A stretch of DNA of 64,000 nt from Auanema rhodensis (Eukaryota > Animalia > Nematoda): positions 8,990,001-9,054,000 of the forward strand of contig OZ059896.1 in assembly GCA_964057225.1 (NCBI GenBank), given 5' to 3'. The translations under genes were made by a program, and so were the position numbers. This document shows positions 54,285 through 64,000 of the stretch, in pieces (the stretch's first letter is position 1; each line of letters opens with the position of its first letter). Below the pieces are notes generated by a model that did not search any database, was not told the origin of the DNA, and saw only the letters and a list, made by a program, of their open reading frames with translations.

Positions 54285-55398
54285 AATAAAATATATAAAT
54301 CAACTTGAATTTTCGTTATAATATGAAATTAAAAAAATATTTGAAAATCTCTAAATAGATGAGAAGTAGGATGATATGGAAAAAACAATACTTTATGTTC
54401 TAAAAGACAAGTAAGCTGACATGAGTAAATTCAACAAAAAAAAAGGTTTTGAAGGAAAGATAATAATATAAATAAAAAGTTTATTTAAAATAAATAAACA
54501 ATATAATTAGATAAGATATTTAAAATATATTAAAACTATTGATTAAACATTGAAATTGATTAATAAATAAATTTTAAAAAAATAGAACAACAAGAATGAA
54601 TTTTTAGAAGAAAAAAAAAGAGGAAAAAGCAAAAAATATGAAACCATATGGATTCCATTTTTGAATGTGTCATATACATTATGTGTCGAGAAAGGTATCG
54701 TTATTTGTATTTTCAAGAAGAAAAAAAGAAAAATGTAAAGATGACAATGAGATGATGATACCATCCATATACATATGTATGTATATATAAAGAATATTCA
54801 TAATTTTTTTTTGTTTTTATAGTAAAATGATCTACAAGAAATACTTTAAATAGTAAAAAAATCTTTTTGGTTACTAAAAATGAATTATTATTATTTTTCA
54901 TTAAACTAAATACATCACTTGAAAAGTTTGAGTGACAAACAATTGGACAAAATGTAAGAAAGACCACGAAAATTACTACAAACTAAGATAACAATATTAC
55001 TTTTTAAAAGAAAAATAAAATAAAGATCTCATGTGTTTATTTAAGAAAATTTCAAATTTTTATTTGTTTTTAGTAAACTTTGGAGATTAAATTAATAAAT
55101 TTTAATTGAAATATTATATTAATCTTCAATAATAGTTATTGTTGAATAACTATTACATTACAAGAATGATTTACAAGCCTTCTTTATATATTTTCTTCAC
55201 AGAAAAACTAGATAGAATATATAAATTCTCAATTATTCTTATATTACCTATTGGATTTCTTATAAACATGATGATTTACGAATTTGAGGCCTTGATTTCG
55301 GAAAATAGATATTTTCTGATTGAAAGTTATACGATATAGGAACAAAAAAATTGCATTTTATAAGTATATTGTATATATTCCCCGTTAACGATCTCAAT

Positions 55399-55450
55399 TC
55401 TTTCTCTCTCTCTTTCTCTCTCCCTCTCTCCCTCTCTCTCTCTCCCTCTC

Positions 55451-55495
<45 letters not shown>

Positions 55496-55500
55496 TTCTC
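55399..55500. repeat. CT-rich imperfect microsatellite
   Basis: Polypyrimidine (CT)n tract; source of the spurious ERERER/SLSLSL ORFs. Confidence 0.9.
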
Positions 55501-58500
55501 AAATCTTATAATACTTCTTACTCTCCAGCATTTTCTTTCTTTTATTCTCGTTATTCATTTGAAATAACATATAAATCTACACAAAGATTTAAAACCTACA
55601 ACTCATATAAGGATAGTCTAAACATCTTTTTTGAAAAATGCAATATTGAGAGTTTTTTCGATCGTGAAACCCCCTGCCAATGATGTCTTATCTGATTCTT
55701 CTGTCTACTTTTGACTCTCTAATCCTTTGCAATTCACTAAAACAACTATCAAATTCTAAAATTTTAAGACATGTATGTATATGGAGAGAAAGAAAAAAAA
55801 AGAAAGAAAGAATAAAATATTTCAATATATATATGTATTTTATAAATAATATTTTTTTAATACAAAAATACAAAAAGATTAAGTTCCAAAAATAAGAACT
55901 TTTCATAATATGATTTGAAGAAGAAAAACCAAATTTTTTGAAAAAGTTAATGAAGATTCAAGAAGATACTGCAGATAGACAGAACGGAAAACATCAAAAA
56001 AGAAGTTTGATGTTATTCAATCATATAATCAGAAAATAGTATTCTAAATGGTTGTTGGTCAAGATGTTCATCAAAAGGATTGTGAAAGACTAAATCCTTT
56101 TTAATGAAAAAATTGTATTGAATTGAGAAAATGAAGTACAGCTGAACAGCTGCCACAAACATCCATCTATTTCACTCTCATTAGTATTCTTAAAAGCTGA
56201 ATGTAGTACTGTACTGCATGCTTGCCCAAGTTAGAAAAGGAACAGTTGTTATACATATATATTTAGATCTTGTAATTTTAAGAGACTTCCGTTTAATTCT
56301 GACACAACATATTTCTTCTTTTATCTGATTTCTGTCATCATTTAACTTCTTAAGAAGTTCTAATGTCATTGAAATTAATTTTTCCTTCTGTATAAGAAAG
56401 AGTGGAAACATCCATTTTTTGAATTTGGGCGAAAGAACGTGATGATTGAAAGCTTTTCAAGATGTAAGCTTCACAACTTTAGTACTGTGCGATGGAATAT
56501 GATGTTAGGATGGTAACGGTATGCGGAATGCAAGAGCACATTGAGAAGGCAAGATGACTACGAAGGTCGATAGATGAGCAGTAGAATAACTTGAAAGAGA
56601 TTCGCAGGCGAGTATTAACAGCTGCTACAGCCTTTCTCTTCTCTCCTTTTCGTCGTGCTTTTCCGTCACCTTCTCCTTTTTTTCGTTGTCATTTTGTTCA
56701 TCGTTTTACTTCAATTTTGTCCATCGGTTCTTGTCGCCCTCTTTGTCTTTCGTCCCTTTTTTTTTGTCTGGTTGTCCCAAAAGTTGCCAATGATGAGTAG
56801 CGAGTACACAGAGAAGAAGAAAAAGGCTTTACGGGTGTGAGTGCGCGCAGAAAATCTCTCCTTCGCCTCCCAGAACTTACGAATCTCGACAACTGAGGAG
56901 AAAGATAGACGAGGAAGAGGGTGGAGATAGTAGTCGTGAACTCAGGTAAAAGGAACACAACGAAGAATAATAACATAGAAACGAGATGTTAGAAACGAAG
57001 TTAAGTTTGTGATGTAATGAAATGTCTAAAAGAGAGGGATTGAAGGGGTTGGGAGAAAGTAAGAGAGCGGGAGTAAGAGAGAAAGAGAGAGGGAGGGAGA
57101 GAGAGTTCTTAATAAAAAGAAATAAATTTAAATACATATTATTATTTTAATTAATATATTCTTATATATGATAGAGAATCATTACAGTTCATAAATTATA
57201 TTCCAACTTATGGAAGCTGACCAGTTGTATCACAAAAAAGAGAAAATGATGTTGAGTTCAAATAATAGTTTTTGAAAAACGTTCCAAAACAACTTAATAA
57301 TGCATACAATCAGGCTACAAAACTGAAATTTTAAAAACTTAAAACAAAAATTTTTTTTATAATTAGAAATAATTAATTTAAGAGAAATGGCTTTTTCTTG
57401 TAATAGATCCAGATAAAAGATAAACTCAGTTAAAAGGTCAAATTCAACAAAAAAAAAAGTTTTAAAAACAAAAAAATCAGTGAAGAAATTGATTAAATAG
57501 TCGATAAATGAAGATATAGGAATACAAATGAAAAAATTAGAAATAATATAAACGATTTGATGATAGCAGACAGTTTCATAGGACATAGAAGAATGCAACA
57601 TGTGGTGGTTCATTCATAAATGTCCATCTGATTCTGGATTATGGGTGGTATTGCATAAACTCAATTTCTCAATCTTTTTCCAAGTATAGTCTAGAAGACG
57701 AAGAACAAATGATCTAACATATGTATAAAACAATAGATGAAGAGATAGAGAAAAATGAAGACGTAGATTCATTCAGAAATGTGAATAATCATTCAACATG
57801 AGCAAACTCAAAAAAGTCGAACGTTTTTTCGAACGAAAAAAATTTTTTTTGTTTGGTAGACAAGAGTGAACTAAATGAAATGAGTGACATATCTATCTAT
57901 CTGCTAGCGATTTTTTGAATCATCACAAAGCACAACAACTTTAAAAAATATTTTGTTTACCTATTTATTTCATTTTTATAAATAAAATTAATTTAAATAT
58001 ATTTATATTTGAACAAAAATAAAAAAAATCTAAAATATATTTAGAAAATGAATAGTAAGTGAAGTAAAACAAAAAAAAGAACTGAATGAACCATTTCCAT
58101 CTTTGATATTCCAGCTCTCAACACTGAGCATAACACAAAAAGCAAATATCAAAGCCAAGAGGTAAACCTCGATGCATTTGGTAAGGAAAAGGAGAAAAGT
58201 TCTTTACGATAAACAAAAAACAAAAGAAATAATCACTTTTGTGAATCATATGTTTGTAATATAACAAGAAAGTGAACAAAAGTACCAAGAAGTAATATGG
58301 AAACTTAGAATTCAAAAAAAAAGGTTTAAAACAAAAGAAAATGACAAATAAATATAATTTTAAACTTTTAAAAATAGAATGATAGTTGCTATATTTGGAA
58401 AAAAAAAATTAATTAAATATTTTATTTGATTATAATGAATATTTATCAGTATATTATCAAATATATTTATATTGAATGACGATGAGGACGATGATCTTCT

Positions 58501-59486
58501 ACTGTCTTTTCAACAGAAAAAAAACAAAAATTGATAAGTTAACGTATTTCTATTTTTTTTTAATTAAAATAATAAATTTTTATGTAAAAATGAAATAAAT
58601 ATAATTTTCATTTAAATATATCTGGTTTCTTTCCTGATAAATACAAAGATGTTAGTATGACATGTGAATAGTGACAACTGACTTAGAGATGCAGTTAGAT
58701 ATCTAATCTGAAGTACGTATGTCTAAATCTTATACAGAGTCATGCTTGACTCTTTTTTCACATGAAATAAGGAAAAAACTAAAGCATACGCGTGTACGTG
58801 TGTGGCAGAGGGACAGAGAAAGAAGTCTCGAAGGCCAGATTATCTTATTCGACGTCCACTGCTCGTCTCTGTGCTCTGTTTACTGACACTATTGCCGTTT
58901 TTCGAAATTGTCACCCAACTCAAAGAGTGCACATTGCAACAATGCGAACAGTCAAGAGGACCTTTGTCTTTATGGTTTTGATATGAAGATTTATCATTGG
59001 ATGTTATAGTAATGAGATTTACTATGTGATATTGACTGTAACTCATTGTTGTATTTACGAGACGTAACTACATTTGAGCAAAAATGATTGTAAGAGACAA
59101 ACATTAGAAAGAAAAAACTAAATAATAGAAACTGTTTGAGTTCAAAGCTTAGGCTTTGAAGATGAAAATAGATAATTGGGAGTGTTTAGAAGCAAAAAAT
59201 ACGATACGACTATATATGTATATTGAAATTGCTTTGTTGAAGGGGTTAGGGGATTTCTAAAACGGTAGAATCACAAATAAACAAGTGGACAGGGTGAACA
59301 CCTGAAAGGACCATGCTCATGTGATACGAATTTAAGGAACAAAAAACAGGATATGCTGAAATTCTGATAGGTTTTGTGTGATTGAAAGGTTTGTCTACGA
59401 ATATTTTATCAAGAGGAGCAGGCGTTTTTTGGAATAAAACTTAAAGACATAAGGAGAGGCAGAAAACGGTGGATAGGTAGATAGGG

Positions 59487-59488
59487 AA

Positions 59489-59520
<32 letters not shown>

Positions 59521-59586
59521 GGAGAGAGAAAGAGAGAGAAAGAGATAGAAAGAGAGAGAGGTAAAGGGAGAGAGGTATAGAGAGAA
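59487..59586. repeat. GA-rich imperfect microsatellite
   Basis: Polypurine (GA)n tract. Confidence 0.9.
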
Positions 59587-61248
59587 ATGGCGAATAAGAG
59601 TATTAGAGTTAAAAGAAAAAAGATAAGAAAGAGTGAAAAAGAAATGAATGAAAAAGAGAACGAGAGGATAGCAAAAAGGAACACGGAGTACTACGCGTAA
59701 GCATGATCTGCTCGAACGAACATCCGAAAAGTGCTGAAAAATGAAGAGAAGGGTCGAACAAAAAAATAAAAGCTACGGCTTATACAACACTCCTTCATTT
59801 CTCTTTTAACTTTTTATCTCTCTGTTTCTCTCTATCACTCTTTCTCTTCATGTTCAGAAGACAAATTCTTGTTTTCGTCATATCAGGCAAACCAAAAAAG
59901 GAAGAGGTGAGCTGTTTTCGAGTACTTCTCCTGAGCTCACTTATGCGAGACATGTCTAAGGGGTCACAACGACATTTTCAAAACGAAAGAACGATTTCGG
60001 AGTAGCCAACGGAGAAACGCCATGTCGTCTAGCATGCCCCTCTATCGCCTAACAGTTCAGAGAGGAATCACAAATCTGATCTCATTTCATCACATAATCT
60101 ACGAAAAGCTCAGCTCACGCTCTTCATAGTAAATTAAATAGATTTTTTTAAATTTAAGTATTATAGGTTAAGGATGAATTGAATTATATTATTTCCAAAG
60201 ATATGGTCATTTTTGACCATTCTAGAAAAAGAAATATCATCGTACGTAGTTAACAAACAAGAAAACTGTCAGAAGTACATTGTCGTCGGGAATTGCTAAC
60301 GCTTATAATAATAGTTGTTTTAATACGATAGCATCTAAATAGGACAAGAAAATTACTACTACAACCTCAAACGGAAGTTCGGAATAGTAGGGACAGATGG
60401 TCCTGAAACTAGAGTAACAGCATTAGTAGTTGAAGGAGCAGCTTTTGCCTCAAATAGAATGTATGTCATCCAAGAAAGGGCAGGTCGAATATGAATATGT
60501 TTGCTAAGAAGTTATTTGTACAAAGAAAAGAAGAAAGACATTAACTATGTAAATGATACGATATATAAGATGGTAATAACGTAGATTATAGAGAGTAAAG
60601 AAGATTGAATCCATCAGCTACTTCATCATTTGTGCTTTGTCTACTTATTTAGTCATCGAACTACCAATAGCCATCTAATCTCTTTAAGAAAAAGGAATGC
60701 TCTATCATAGTTCATCTTTTGGCGTTTGAAACATGTAAGATGCTTTCGGCTATGGTCACAAGGAATTAGGTAACGAGAAGGAAGAACTGCGGCAAATGAC
60801 TTGAGTGAATTTCCAAAAGAAATCTGTATGAAATTGAAATACTGTTGTATTCATGTAATGTAATTCTTTTTTTTGTCGCATATTTAACTAGGTTTTAGTT
60901 AATGTGATGTGTGTCTCGCTTCTTTATAAAAGATGACAAGTAACTATAATAAACTTAAGAGAAGGTATGATATTACAGTAAACAACTACTTAGTTTAAGC
61001 ATTGAAATCCCCTTTAACAATATATAAGGAGGATCATATTTGACCAGATTCAACTACTTAATCTCAATATGAATTAGCCTTTCAACTTTGAAAGCCTTCT
61101 GGTATGGGTTCCAGAAGAATTCTGTATTTGCTACCACTTTGTTTATATGAAAATATCTAACGTGAAATTCCACGCTAACTACGCGCGTCATTTCTCTGCA
61201 CGGTGAGGTGCTGTTTTACTCTATCACTCGCTTAATTTCCTTACCACA

Positions 61249-61377
61249 ATTTTCTCTCTCTCTCCCTCTCTCTCTTTCCTTCTATATATATCTCTCTCTC
61301 CCTCTCTCTCCCTCTCTCTCTATCTCTCTCTCTCTTTCTGTTTTTTTCTCTCTCAATCTCTCTCTTTTTCTCTCTCA
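61249..61377. repeat. CT-rich imperfect microsatellite
   Basis: Polypyrimidine (CT)n tract. Confidence 0.9.
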
Positions 61378-64000
61378 CTGGCTGCTTTCTTTTTCTTTTC
61401 TTCCATGTTGTTTTCATGTAATATTACTCACTATTTCTTTTACAGTTTCTCTCCCTCCCACTATTTTATAGTATCCTATTTTCTCTAAACTTTCTATAGC
61501 TCTTCGTCTCTCGGTAACATTCTTCTTTGGATTTCTCGATGTCCTCGTCAACTTTCTCATTCTTTTCTTTTGTAAATGCAAGCAAGAGCTCACTATGGAT
61601 AGAGCACCGAATCATAGTGAACGAGAGCGTGGGGGAGGAGAGATCGTTCCGTGTTCAAGCTATAAAACACAAGAAGCGGAGAAATATAGACATTTAGGAG
61701 TGACGTCCAGAGAGACAGATATATAAGCAAGCAGACAGTTAGAGCCTGAAGAAGAAGTAATGCACGATCCAGTCAACTATCTAGTATCCCGGAGCAGAAA
61801 CAGAGGCGGATTGGCTTGAGATGGAATGCGTGCTAGAGTGCCCAGTCCTCCTCATCGTCTACTCTCTCAGTGAGCAAATAAGCCGAATCTTAGCGGAGTA
61901 AATACTGAATGAGGTCACCAGCACGCCACTACGTTCCTTAGACTAAACTACCACAATCAACTCTTCGATCCATCTTCATATCCGACAACGGTTGGCTTAC
62001 CGCTTATCAACTCTACACTCCACACATATTTGAAAACAAGTTCCATAATGAAAATCTACAACTCAGCTATTGAACGTAGTGCAAGCGCATAACGTAACAA
62101 CAAAGATTAGCGTGTCTCGAACGCTTATCATGTCCACGGTAATGTGAAAAGGAATACCATATAATAGTCTATTTCAACAACAAAAATCATTAAATGAAGT
62201 TATAAATAGAGCAATTTGACTCTTTTAAAGTCATAAAAACTTTTTTTTAATTCTTCAGTGTCTCTATAAAATTAAGTTACAACTCTAAATGCAATTCCCC
62301 CTAGCTGAGTTATACCAGTTAAAGAACAGAAGTCACAAAGTTAAAAGACAATATCAAAAAAAGGAGAACATTGCTCTATTAGATTACTGAATACATGTAA
62401 ATAGTGGCGAGTTGTATTGTTGATTTCAGAAGACATGATATTGAAAAACTTCGAAATCTATGAAACAAAGGAGCGGAACGATTTTGATCAGAAAAACAAA
62501 GAGAATCAGTAGCTGATGATTCAGACAACACGTAGAATTAACACGTCATTGCATACAAACATCTTTTACAACATATAAATAATGTTTTTTTCATCCGGAA
62601 GTTACAAGAATATTATTGAGAATCATTTTGTTCATAAATTCTGTTTTATTCTCATTTGGCTCATTCAAGAATAGAAAATAAAACATGTTCAGATGATTTA
62701 AAACTAATTTAGCTAGCAGCTTTGAACCATGTAAGGTCAACAATCAAACCAAATTTAATGTAATTTATACAAAGGAGCGTACAAAGATTATATAAAATTT
62801 ACCAATTATTTTTTATTTTATAGGAAATGTTTATTTTAATAGAATATATATGTGTATTTGAATGTATTTTTCGATCATAATCACAAAAAGTTAAAATCAT
62901 TAGAGATGTAAGGATAATTTAAGTTCTTTCGAGTGCATTTCTCCTCTTCAATATAAAAATAATTACAAATATACAACAAAAAATATTGTATTTATGCATG
63001 AAACATACCGATTTCTTATTTTTCTTTACTATTAAAATAGTATAAAACATTCGATCCCTCAATTTAAATTATGAAAAACATTAATTGGGAACATAGATAA
63101 GTAAGAGTTAAAAATACAATTGTGCTGATTTTATCATACTTACATAGGTGTTAAGAGGTTTTGAAAATAAAACAAAAGGAAAAGGGTCAATACAAGTGTT
63201 TGCTTCATAGGGACACTGACAATGAAATTTCGATTAATCGAATGTTTATGTAAAAATGCAGCTTTTTCTTCCAATCAAAAAAAACTAACTTTGTTCTCTA
63301 TCTCTCTGTCATCCAGATTGAAGTTCGTGAATCATATTTAGAAGGAGCAGATGGGTCTTTGCTTATACATCATGGTTCAGTCTTTCGATATCTGAATAAG
63401 TAGGCAGATTGAAACAAAAGACACCAGATGCAGATATTGAACCCAGTTGGTTGAAAATTCAAAAAATGCTCTAGTACTTACACTAAATCACTTTTTATTT
63501 TCTTTAATCTATCAGAAAAGGAAAATGAACCGTTATATTTCAGCAAAGAAAGTACTTTTTCAATCATAAAAACAAATGATCAAGAAATTTACAGAGAAAA
63601 TAATCCGTACTTTGGAATAGCGTTTAAGTTTATCCATTCACACTGATACCTTTCAAACAGAAGCCGAAAACAGCTGCAGCTTGTACTTTTTCTACCATTC
63701 AATTCTTGAAACTCATGATTCTTTTTGTCTGATCTATATGCCGCCAAGTACAGAAAAAAGTGAAAATTATTTAATAAGATTCATAAAGACTAGACTGGAG
63801 TGAATAATTCACAGAACAAAACTATGAGTACATATTGAAGTTATTTTTTTGGTTAAGGGCAGAAGAAATTGGATTAAGTAAAAACAATACAATAAATAAA
63901 ATTACAATATGATTTAATAACTTAAAAAACACAACCATACATATGAACCTGAAATCCCACCTACAGATTTGAAAAGGTCAGTAATCAAAACGGGATATGG

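Noticed and set aside
55260-61471. Low-complexity ORFs (ERERER, SLSLSL, Phe/Leu-rich) and oppositely oriented GA and CT tracts
   Set aside because: Translation artefacts of microsatellites and AT-rich DNA; complementarity of GA and CT tracts is trivial.
61807-61914. GTGAGCAAA miR-87-like seed and short stems
   Set aside because: The rest of the sequence does not match miR-87 and the hairpin geometry is not pre-miRNA-like.
1-64000. Transposase/RT genes, CRISPR arrays, rRNA, telomeric TTAGGC arrays
   Set aside because: None seen; only isolated single TTAGGC hexamers.

Overview
AT-rich eukaryotic genomic DNA from a nematode, most likely rhabditid/clade V. Supporting signs are many ~45-60 nt introns with TTTCAG-like acceptors and nematode-specific genes. 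A central gene block (~15.2-44.2 kb) holds three intron-rich minus-strand genes: the ADAMTS metalloprotease gon-1 (CDS 30453-43270), the FN3+armadillo p120/delta-catenin jac-1 (CDS 18660-27070), and an unrecognised multi-exon protein gene (15199-17886). A complete 6-exon MFP2 sperm-motility gene lies antisense inside one jac-1 intron. The flanks (1-15 kb and 44-64 kb) show no credible coding exons and look like large regulatory regions with microsatellites and recurring motifs. The best leads are: a probable GON-domain-less GON-1 isoform ending in a polybasic tail; the very tightly packed nested MFP2 gene; a uORF in a gon-1 leader exon; and a few structured intronic/intergenic islands. I found no clear evidence of a wholly new multi-gene system. 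Exon boundaries and motif counts were read by eye.
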